From positions 71,116,001 through 71,180,000 of the forward strand of contig NC_045697.1 in assembly GCF_009834535.1 (NCBI RefSeq): a stretch of 64,000 nt of DNA, written 5' to 3'. The stretch is from Camelus ferus (lineage: Eukaryota). The position numbers and the translations under genes are program-made. Under the pieces are notes generated by a model. It had not been told where the DNA came from. It ran no database searches and saw only the letters and a list, made by a program, of their open reading frames with translations. Below are positions 11,921 through 23,237 of this stretch, piece by piece (position 1 is the stretch's first letter; every line of letters starts with the position of its first letter).

Positions 11921-14900
11921 AAGAAACAGGAACATGGGAGGCTGAGAAACTTGCATCAAGCCTCAAAGCTCACTGATCAGCAGGGCTGGGTTCTGAACCC
12001 CAGCATGATGCTCAAGTCTCTAGTTCTGTTGCCACTTTGTAGAGGAATTTATCCTCATCATTCATTAATTTACTAACTTATTTGGTAAATAGGTGCAGAT
12101 CTGGGAGACAGATGCATCTCTATTTTTCCTCAGTTATGCTTATCATAAATATAAACAGTTGTGTAATTTGTTTAATATCCATCTCTGCTAGGAAGTAAGG
12201 ATCATATGAAAATAAACATGTCTCTAGTTTACCCTGGCACCCCATATTTAGCACAGTGCCTAATGTGTGGCTGCACTCAATACATATTTGTCGACCCAGT
12301 GACTGATTGAATGAGCCAGTGACAAGACTGTAGACTGAAGACGTGCTTTTTCTACTGGAGAAGTCATTCTTGTAAACAGACTTAACCCAGAGTGTCAATG
12401 CTCTATCCAAGTGCTAACAGAGGTCAGTGGGAGACAGGAGGAAAGAAGCTAAAACCTATCAAATCCAAATTACCACTTGATTCTCACAAGAAGCCCATGA
12501 GACAGTCAGCAGAGGTATTATCTGCCATATGTCGTGGGCAACTCAACGTAAGCGTGTCTGGCAATTCATGCTACAGTCCCATGCTACAGTTCCCTTGGAC
12601 TGTGGAATCAGAGACCTGTTTTCAAACCTCTTTTCTGACACTTCTAGTTTTAGCTTTAAGCAAGCTGCTTCAGATCTGTGAGCTTCAGCCTAGAGAGGCA
12701 TACACTGGTCTTGCCTTCTATTCACTGATACATCCCAAGCACTCAGAATAGTGTTGGGCATGAAGTTGGTGCTAAATTTATTACTGAATTTCAGTGCTAT
12801 TAAAGGTCTTGAATATGAAAACATGTATAAAAGTGCCCAGCATTGTGACTAAGACATACTGTTAGTCACAGTTCCCTCGTGACTAAATATCCCTAAAATG
12901 TTATTCCTGCTTCCCCCTCCCCTTAAAATCTTGAAAGGGACTCTCTGTCCCCCTCCTCCATTCAGATTCCTTCTGAGTCATGTGGCCCCTTTTACGGTGA
13001 GTCTTGGGAAGTGCAGACCTGTGTATTTCCATGAAATCACCTTGTTCACTAAGGCAAAGGGGGGCAGATTTCATCTTTAAATCAGGACAGGCTCTAACTT
13101 ACAGCAGGAGTTCATTTGCTTTCTCATTCCCCTAAGACTTATTAAACCTTAGTCTCCAAATTTTCCTTCTTTCTAAAAGCCATGGCATCACTTTAATACA
13201 TTTTATAATGATCCTATAAAAAAAGTTTACAAAACTGCAACACTGCATTATTACCACTATTCAGACTAATAAAACCACTTTACTACACAGCTATACATTA
13301 GATTTCCTTGCACCGAGGCACAGTTACCTGGACATTTAAATTCAGCAGCCCCAGATTTATGATAACCCATATATACACAGATAACCCACATGCCTACTTC
13401 CCTTCTCGGACTCCTTTACCCAATTTTTGCCTCTTTGTGTAGGAGCAGAGCCACAGGGCCAGGGTGACAACATGGCTGAGAGCTGGAAGACAGATTCTGG
13501 GGACTGACAATAGCTTTTAGGACTTAAGAGAACAAGGCTTTTGTTTGGCTGATTGTTTTTGGTTGTGTGTGTATGTGTGTGTAGTGGGGAGTGGGGCGTG
13601 GGCTGGGGTACGTGTAAATGTCCTGTAAGCCCAGCTACAATGCTATGAGTAGTAACATTTGGACCTGTGGTGAGCAGCATGTTTATTTAGCCTGTAGTAG
13701 GAGGGAGAAGGCAGCGTTTGGATGTACTACAAGATCTTGCAAACCTGGTACGCTGATGAAAAAAATCCAAACTTTAGTGGGCCTATTTTTTGCAACAGTA
13801 AAATAAAACATTAGGTGATTCTACAGTCATACCCAGCTTTAGCAATCTGCATTTTTATTAACGGCTAAAAAACAGCGTTGATATATTTAAATCACACGCA
13901 TGCATCAGGAAAGGCAGTGATGTCAGGATTTATATAGACAGAGATACAGATATAGATATGATGATAATAATCCTCTGTGAGCATAAGTTTTAAATAACAG
14001 TTTGGGGAAGAGGTTTTTCATCCAATTTAATTTAATTAAGCTTAATTTTAATTTTTCAATCAAAGAAATTCCTGCCTTAATAATTAGCTAACTGAATATA
14101 ACACTATTCACAATGACCATATCAATGCTAATGATAATATTTATTGGTGTAACAGCATTAACAAAAACACACTGAGGTATATACACCATCGGTATCATTC
14201 CTACTTTGCAGAAGAAAATCTTACCTGTAAGATAAGGAGCAGAACCTTTAAGTTACTTAAGTAACAAAACAGGCAGATCCAGAATCTGAATCGAGATCAA
14301 TCTAATCACATAGTCGCAGCTGTTAAACGTATGATTTTCCAAATAATGACAGATAACCACAGCGGTAATTTGATAGGATGAACGTGGAATGGACTATGGA
14401 AATGATGTTCAGAGAGGAGTTAATGCGGCTGATTTCTACTCCCAGTTCAGCTATTAACTAGCTGAATGTCCTTGTAATGAAAACAACCTCTCTGAGTCTC
14501 AGTTTCTTCAGGGGCAGAAGGAGAACTCTAGCTGGATGTTTCCTACTCTGCATGGTCCCTGGTCACATGGAAGGAAGGCATCACCCTTCTGTCAACCAGG
14601 GCCTCTCTGTTTTATATTTGGATTTATGCATAATAATGAAGCTTTGAGCAACATTTCATTAAACGACTTGTGTTGTCAACAAATAGCTTGGAAATCACTG
14701 AATCTGATGAGCTCTATATTTTTAAACTCTTGATATGTTACAGCTCTATTAAATACTTGCGTTTTTATCAATAAGATTGGCTCTTTCAGTATTACTTGTT
14801 AAACATTAGCTCTTTTAAAGCATGAACCCAAAAGATTTTTTTTCAAGGAAGCAAAACAACCAAATCACTTGGTGAATTAACTTTTCCCATTAAGATATCA

Positions 14901-15339
14901 CAGAATTAATTGAAGTTGGGAAATAAATCACCCAGCAGTAAAGTCATTGGGTGTGTTCTATTTTGTTAAAAAGGAACTTAATAAATCTTTTGTGCTTATG
15001 TATGCTAGTAGTCTGGTTTAAATCTTCTCTAAAATATTTTCTTAGATTGAAGTGCAACATTGCTTCCTAACAACATCAGTAAGCCATGAGTACTGTGAGT
15101 ATGATTTTTAATACTAGAGGAATATACAGTGTATGTGCTCAGCCCTAAATATGAGATTAGACATGATTTAAAGTATGTAAAGGCAGCCTGTGGATGCCTG
15201 TTTATATGTACTTCCTGATCCAAAATCACATAAAAGGATATGCAGCCTAAGCCTGAGGAAGATGAGACCCTCAGCTGGCCACGAAGAACAGTGAGGCAGG
15301 GCAGGGGCAGGATGCCAGAGTGACCTAAAATGGCCAGCA

Positions 15340-15510
15340 ATCATAGCGCGGACCGTGTGCCAGACAGTGCTGTGAGAGCTTTACAGGTACTAAATCACTT
15401 AATCCCCACAACAATTCTGTGAGACACACACTGAAGCACAGAGAGTGGAGGTAACCTGGACAGTCACAGGGCTGGAAGGTGACGGAGCTGGGATCTGAAT
15501 TAGGCACCAT
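15340..15510 (-). mobile_element. MIR SINE
   Basis: tgtgccagac..tcacttaatccccacaacaa..actgaagcacagagag..ggagctgggatctgaa. Confidence 0.7.
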
Positions 15511-17387
15511 GTTGATCGCTGGGAAGGGGTGTGCTTTGTGAAATGGGGGTGGAGAAATCAGGGTAAGATTATAAGCTCTGAAAAATATTGGGAGACATGG
15601 AAAAGATCTAAGAAATCTCTAATGATGGAAGAAAAGGGGATGGGAATCCCTTGGAAGCAAATACTTAAAACAGGGATTGAAAGCAAGGAAATAATTGTTA
15701 GAAGAAGCTGGAATGAAACTGTCCTTGTTTTTGAAGCTGCAGAAATCAGCAGAGGCTGACAGAAGAACAAAGCCTAACTTCTGAGAAATGAAAGGGAACG
15801 TTCAAGGTCAGAGCTTAAATTGGGACTTAGAAGCCGACCTGGGGCAGACTCCTGGGGAACAGTAACAACCAATTTTAAGTGAATGAAGCCCAGAAAAGTG
15901 ATGAGCAGGTAATTCTTGTACCACGCTACCTGGCTCATTTTATGAAAGAGAAAACAGGCCGGTGAGTTGAAATGACTTGTTCTGCGGTTATTCTAGTTGA
16001 TGAGTCACAAGTCCACCATTCCTCTCACTGTACTCCTTGAGCTGTTTTTATCCTTAACGTTTCTTCCAGATGCAGTACTTTTTTATGATTCTATTTGAGT
16101 GTCTGCTAAAGAAGAAGTATCTAAGGAGACCAAAGGGAGTTAAAACTATGACATGCACATGTCGATTTTTTGGGAACGCTACAGCTGTACACAGTATGAA
16201 AAGATGCGTAAACCAGGATTTGCTCTCAGTGCTAGGTGAGAAAGAAGAAACTGGGACATAATCATCTTTGGTGTAGGAAACACTTTCTATTTTCAAACTG
16301 AGAAATTTGTTGGCCAGGAAGAAACCTCAGCAAGGAGGGAAGCAGAATGTTGTTTGCTCTTTGGGCATAAATATAATGAATAAGGTTGATTCTACCACAC
16401 AGGGGAGTGAGTTTGAGAAACTCAAAACAGTCTATTTTCTTCCATTTTCCACAGGAAGTAGAAAATGGAGATCTGTGGTAGACTCCCATTAGCATTATGT
16501 GGTCTCCATAAAACCCTACTTTCTCAAGTCTAAAGACATTCAAAGGTAATTATGGGGGAAGAGGAGGGAAGTTTTCCCAGCAGTTGAATAGGGACAGTCA
16601 TGGAATGGACAAACATCATGCCTTGTAGGTCATTACCTCTGCCCCGCTGCCAAATATGATGTAAGAAGTAGAAGGAAGCGCCAGGTCAAGGACAAAATAA
16701 GAAGGACTTTAAGGGCTTACTCTATTCAAAGGTTAGTGGGGAAAAGTAAGTTAATATGTGATCTACAGGCTGGAAAAACTCAAATCTATTGCTAAGGAAT
16801 AACAGTTGTAATGCACTAAGTGTATATAAATATATATTAAACTCCAATAAAGGCAATAGAAATTAAATTGCAAAATACTGACATGCTGCTGAAGTGAAAT
16901 TATCAATGTTCTCCGTCGTTGTGCAGAGGGAAGTAGGTGACAAAGCAAACAAGGGCAGTGGGGCATCGTGGGACAGACCAGAGTTCTGGGCCCAACAGCG
17001 CTAACCAGCTGTGGCTGACACTGCCAGACCACATCACGCCCCAAGCCCTGCCACAGATCCATTTCCTGATCCGTGAGGCTGGTAGCTGGAGGGTCTCTAA
17101 GTCTCTTCCACAAAGCAAATTAGATGACTATGACAGCAGGAAAATAAAATCACAGAAAAAAAAATTCGAATTTATTTTTAAAAGCCAAGAATTTAATAAT
17201 AGGGATTGATATGGCCAGTGATCAGATACATGAGCAAATCATTAACCCTTAGAGGAATAACGTAAGTGCTCATTGTATTATTACTATTGCTAATGTACAA
17301 CTACTATAAAAATCTCCTCCCCATCCACACCAAAAACAAAACAGAACTCTGAGAGAAAGGCCGAGACCAAATACCATCAGTAGCTAC

Positions 17388-18259
17388 GTGATGAAAGGAA
17401 AACTGCTTCTCTGCTCACAACACTTCTGATACACGTGCATGGGTATTTTTTCCTCATACCAACCAATGTTCTAACTCTCCAGACATCAACTTTAAGTCCT
17501 ATAATTTAATTCAATTCTGACACTAACTAGCTGGAGTTAGTGGAGCACTTTAGTTGCCAGTTGCAAATCATGGGTCCCCAGGGTACCTACACTTTTGTCA
17601 GACTTGGTTACAAAGTCAGGGGCTCCCACAACCCCCTACTCCCACTCCACATTCACTAATTTGCTGGAATGACTCACAAAACGCAGGGAAGCATTTATGT
17701 ATATTTACTGGTTTGTTATATCGGGTATTATAAGGGACACAGATGAACAGCCAGATAAAGACCTACATACGGTGAGTTCTGGAAGGACCCCGGGCACAAG
17801 AGCTTCTGCCCCCAAGGAGCTGGGGTGCACCGCCCCCCCAGCACATGAGTGTGTTCGCTGTCTAGATGCTCTCCCAACCCTGCAGTTAAGGAATTTTTAT
17901 GGCGGCTTCATCACACAGACACAATAGACTATTTACTCAGTCTCTAGTGCCTTTCCCTTCCCCCAACGATGGGGGCTAAGGCTGAAAATTCCAAGCTTCT
18001 AATCATGGTTTGGTCTTTCCAGTGGCCAGCCTGATCCTGAGTGAAGCTCTCCAGGAACCCACCAGGAGTCGTCTCATTAGAACGAAGGATGCTCCTATCA
18101 CCCAGGAAATTCCAAGGGATTTAAGAGCGTAGCACTATATAAGATGCTTCTCTCTCTCTCATTACTCGGGAAGTTATAAGGATTTTAGGAGCGCTGGTTT
18201 AGGAATTTGGGGCAGGGACCAAAAATATATTTCTTATTATGTCATAGCGATATATCAGA
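17388..18259 (-). mobile_element. Solo LTR, MER21-like
   Basis: Diagnostic blocks aattcaattctgacactaacta, gatgaacagccagat, ccaggaaattccaagggattt and the terminal gaccaaaaatatatttcttattat match the reverse complement of MER21-type LTRs. Confidence 0.75.
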
Positions 18260-19944
18260 ATATTTTACTTAAAATTCACAAATCCACTCCCTTTTACCAC
18301 GCTTTTTTTTAGCTACAATAAAATTATTCAAACTAAAAAGCAGTCAATTCAACCTATTAGTTATAGTAGAAGACTGAAAAGAGGATATACTTAAAGAAAA
18401 AAATGTGTTGGTGAAACTGCCCTTCTATATTTTAAAGAAAAAAGAAATACATGTGTGGGGAAGGGTAGGGGAACTTCAGCTCTAACAATACAGATTAGGC
18501 TGTTAATGACAGAGGTCATTCTAGTTATTGAAGAACTCACCAAAATGTTTTCTTTCAGAATCAGGGGTTCTGAAATGTCCAGGAAACCATCATACGGTGG
18601 GAAGTGAACTCACACAATAACAAAAGTTGGGGTTATCAGTTACTTTGACACAGAGGTGTTTTTAAGGGGTGGCAGGAGGAAACCGGATAAAGTTAATGAA
18701 GCATCTAATCATGGTATTTGTTTTGAAGTCATGTCATGTGTACTTTGAGTAAGAAACACATTTATAGACTCAAAACTGAGAAGGGCTTTGAGATCATCTG
18801 GAATAGCCTTCTCATGAATTACAGGAAGAAATTGTTGTTAGAACCAGCACTACCTCTCTGGATGCCTGATTCACAGTCCTTTATTCTTTCCCTCCCCTTT
18901 TATACAATACTTTTCACCAATATCATTATTTCCATCATCCCTTTTGTGTTAGGTTCAGAGAAAGATATTCTTTCAGTATGATAATGACAAGAAGATCTTA
19001 AACACAACAACCATACTTCGCTTTGGGACTAAAACAAATGTCAAGGAACTCATATATGAGTCAGATAAAAGGTGGAATTCACGTGATGAGAAAGCACACC
19101 AAATATGCCAAGAAAAAAGTCTGTATAAATTCCTTGAGTTGAATTTTTGAATTGTCTACCAAAAATTACTTTTGCGATTTCTGATGTGCACCAAAAAGCA
19201 AATATGAAATACGCACTGAACAGATCACCAAGAGTTGGATGTTTCTTACCAAAAATGATTGTTAAATTTAGCAGACAAAATAAGACAACTATGACCATGA
19301 CCATCATTGTCCAGTGTACAGAGGGAGAAATACTTTTTTTCCTTACTAAATATAAACATAGTTATCTATCCATGTACAGAAAGTTTGGTGGCATGAGTGT
19401 ATAAACATCAATATTAGTGGTGATAAATGATAATTTTTGTTTACAGAGTTCCTACTATGTCTCAGGAATTGTGTGAAGAGCTTTCTAAACATTGCCTCAA
19501 GCCTCACAGCAGTGTAAGTTTGAAATTATTTCAACCATTTCTACAGATGAGTAAATGGAGAGGGCTGTGTGAGGTAACTTGGCAGCAGCAGGATGAAAAC
19601 TTACCTCTGTTTGATTCTAGAGCCAACGTTTTTTTCACCAGGTGACACAGTCCTACCCTGACAACATTCCCATAACATACAGAATGCAGAAGTTCCTTGA
19701 AAAAAATTTAGAACCCAAGATCGAACCCATCCATGCTCCATTTCAATTTTACTTTCTATACAAATGTCCAATTTTTCTTATTTGCCTGTAGCCTGGGGAA
19801 TTACTTAATAGCTTTAGCAATAAGCCTTACTTAAACAGAAAATCAAAATCTGCTCAAAAAGAAACCTCATATTTACATTAAAAATGTATTTAATATCATG
19901 ATCATCACTGACTCTTAATGTACTCTCTCTGATAAATACAGTCA

Positions 19945-21290
19945 CACTGTCTCCCCTGGACCCTTACTGGATAGACTGTTGATACAGCGCTCCCTTTCCT
20001 GAGGGGACATCTGACAGCTCCCTGATTCTTTTGGTCAATCACAATCCCTATTTGGCTACAGCATTTCCTCTCTTTCCCTCCACCACTCTAAACTGGATAA
20101 CCCATTATGAATCAACCCCAAAACCAATTCCAGTCTATCCTCACAAGGGTCATGCTAGTTTCCATCATAATTTTACCCCTGGCCCATTTCTTGAAATGAG
20201 CATTTGTCATTACCTAGCCATCACTAAATTCAACATAAAACTCCCCATCTGTGACAGGTCCCCCAGACATCCCTCATACAAATGGAAATGTCCCCATTAG
20301 TTCTTCCAGCTGAATTTCTCAGATTTGACCCAACCACACACAAACCATGTTTGGTCACCCTCTGCTAATGGACAATAATTTCTATGACCCCTGGCTACCT
20401 GCTGATAATTCTTACTTTGTGAACCCAAGCCTATTTGGCTGCTACCAGCCAACTGCACTGGCTTTGCTAACTCACCAAGCTTACCAGTCCCTTGATCATA
20501 GTCAATGCTCCACAATCTTCTTCCCTTCTTGAACTATCTCTAGGACAATCACCCAACCCCTCCAGTTCCCCTCACTCTCACTGTAGAAACCAGAGAGGAG
20601 TCTGGGACATTACAGGTCCCCTTATAGGTGATCTCCATTCCTGGTGAGCTGATATAGAAAAAACAGCCACAGAATTGGTCCTAAGCTCCACTCAAGACCT
20701 CACCACATTTGGGGAGACGTTTGCCACCTGTTGGGCATCACTCTAAAGAATCAACTGCCTGGCTAAAGAAGACTGACTCAGCCAGAATCATCTATTCACT
20801 GCTGAAGCAGTTCACATTGTCCTGGGACAGCATCACCACTGACCTCAAATCTGTGACTTGCAATTACAAGAAAGCCAGAACACTGTCATCTAAAACTGTA
20901 TCACCCTGGATAGGGAGGGAAGTGACTTCTGCACCTTTGTCCCAGGAATGTAACTGATGTCTCTGTCATAACAGGAAGGTTCACGAGGCAAATGAAAAAT
21001 TCATTGCAGGAAAGATGGCAGGTTCTGGGACTTCTTCTGGTGAATCCCTGAAAGCCTATGAAGTTGGGCACATAGATTGATCTGGTCTATAATTCGTCTT
21101 TTTATCTTCCTAACAGGATCCCTCTCACTAAATGTCTGGGTTACACAGTACAGCAGTTGGCAACCGTCGCCATGTCTCAACAAATGGTCCGGTTGGTCCT
21201 TGACAAACAAAAGGTGACGAACAAAAAATAGACTTACATTGTTCAGAGAGAAACAAAATGTTTCTTCCTTCCTTTAATAAGAGGAGGGAC
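19945..21290 (+). pseudogene. Decayed class I (gamma-type) endogenous retrovirus env, 5'-truncated provirus
   Basis: Manual translation across stops and frameshifts gives, in order: an SU motif LC(G)-QAYL..LPAN(C/W)TG (~20412-20465), a furin-like RNQR/G (20585-20599), an immunosuppressive-domain-like TVI*NCITLD (20882-20911), CTFV-QEC as a CX6C (~20930-20951), a Trp-rich FWDFFW*IP and a hydrophobic anchor LIWSIIRLFIFLTG (~21023-21118). The polypurine tract aagaggaggga directly precedes the LTR. Confidence 0.75.
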
Positions 21291-21660
21291 TGACAAAAAC
21301 ACTCTCCTTGACCAAACTTTAGAAAGGCTTGTCTGAGCCTTTCACCAAAGCCCCATCCTTAGGCCCTGTCTTCAGCCTGCCTAGTTCAGTTATAGGAAGA
21401 ATTCAGCCATCCTTGGTATCTGATCACCTTAACTTGTCTTCATTCAGTAGGATCTTCCTACCCTTGATATCACCTCTTAGTAATTTTCCATCCACTGACC
21501 CCCTTGTCCTACTCTTTGGCTGTGAATTCCCACTCGTCCTGATTATATGCTAAACTGAATCTGGTTCTCCTCTGAAGTCTCTTTTCTCCTACTGCAATGG
21601 TTCAGTATAAAATCTGTTTTTACTACTTTAATTGATGCCTGGTTCTGGTTCTCTTTGACA
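21291..21660 (+). mobile_element. ERV1 3' LTR, MER31/MER67-like
   Basis: Starts TGacaaa immediately after the PPT and ends tttgaCA. The 5' part (ctctccttgaccaaactttag) and the 3' part (ctcctactgcaat...taaaatctgtttttac) resemble the MER31/MER67 family. Confidence 0.8.
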
Positions 21661-21720
21661 TATGGTATGTATGGTCATAAGAAATGTTAATAAACTTTAT
21701 AAACTGAGATAATGCAAGCA

Positions 21721-22270
21721 TCACTTCATTTGACAAATATTAATGGGTATCCACCAAGAGGCACTCCCTTTTCTAGATGCTGAGGACAAAATGGTAGCCA
21801 AAAGCAGACAAAAGGTCTACCCTCATGAAATTGACCATCTAGTGAGGAAGAGATCACACAAACAATGATCACACAAATAACATAATATCATTACTAAGAT
21901 AAATAGTTTGAAAAAAAGGTACATGGTACTTACTATAATTGGGTAAGTCAGGGAAGGCTTCCCCAAAGAACTAATGAAGTGACATTTAAGCTGAAATTTA
22001 ACTATTCAAGATTATTGGGTGTATGTATAGGGAGGGGGAGTATCAGGGGAATTTTAGAAAGAAGGAGCAGCATGTGGCAAGTCTCTTATTGAAAGGGAAG
22101 GTGGAGGTGCATTCAAGGAATGAAAGAATGCCAGTGTAGACAGGTCACAGAAAATACTGAGAAGCAGGTCTTGGATGAAACTGAAGACATGTATGGGGAA
22201 TGGAATACTCAAGACTTTCTAAACCATCTAGGGATTTGCAACCTGATTCTAACTGCAACGGACACCAGTG
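21721..22270 (-). mobile_element. LINE-2 fragment
   Basis: cttcatttgacaaatatt, ccctcatgaaattgaccatctagtg and gtcagggaaggcttccc...gtgacatttaagctga. Confidence 0.7.
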
Positions 22271-22590
22271 TATGTATGTGATTATTTACCACAGTGCCTA
22301 CATCACGGTGCATAGCCAATAAATGAAAACTTAAAAAAAATCTGAATCATCTTAATGTGTCAATGTATGTTATTTGTCTTACACATAGGATAAACTCCAT
22401 ATATTACTGATTTTTGGCCCTAGGGTGGCCAGTGGGAGAAAACTACAATCACTAGAAACCTCTGTCGCATTTTTCTGATTTGAATGTCAGAGAGATATTG
22501 ACAATGGCACATTATTTGGGATTGTAAACTTCAGATAATCTACAGTTTGTTGGTAGTTCTATGAATTGTTATTTAAGAAGTCAACCACCC

Positions 22591-23237
22591 ATGGCCATCA
22601 TCAAAAAGTCTTCAGATAATAAATGCTGGAGAGGGTGTGGAGAAAAGGGAACCCTCCTACACTGCTGGTGGGAATGTAAATTGGTGCAGCCACTGTGAAG
22701 AACAGGAAGGAGGTGTCTTAAAAAACTAAAAATAGAGTCACCTTATAATCCAAAAATCTCACTCCTGGGCATATATCTGGAAAAGATGAAAACTCTAATT
22801 GAAAAAGATACACACACCCCAATGTTCACAAGCAGCATTATTTACAATAGCCAAGACATAGTAGCAACCTAAATGTCCATCAACAGATGAATGGATAAGG
22901 AAGATGTGGTGTATGTATACAATGCAATGTTACTCAGACATGAAAAAGAATGCAATATTGCCATTTTTCCGCAACATGAATGGATCTAGAGATGATCGCA
23001 CTGTGTGAAGTAAGTCAGAGAAAGACAATACATGGTATCACTTATATGTGGAATCTAAAAAATAATACAAATGAACTCATTTACAAAACAGAAACAGGCT
23101 CACAGACATAGAAAACAAACTTATGGTTACCAAAGGGGGAAGGTGGGGAGGTAAGATAAATTAGGAGTTTGGAATTAACAGATATGTACCACTATATACA
23201 ATTTATATATATTTACTGTACAGCAGAGGGAATTCTA
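22591..23237 (+). mobile_element. 5'-truncated LINE-1 (ORF2 C-terminus and 3' UTR)
   Basis: Translates as [35 protein letters not shown], the ORF2 Cys-rich domain. A typical L1 3' region follows (aacctaaatgtccatcaacagatgaatggataa; gacatagaaaacaaacttatggttaccaaagggg). Confidence 0.92.
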
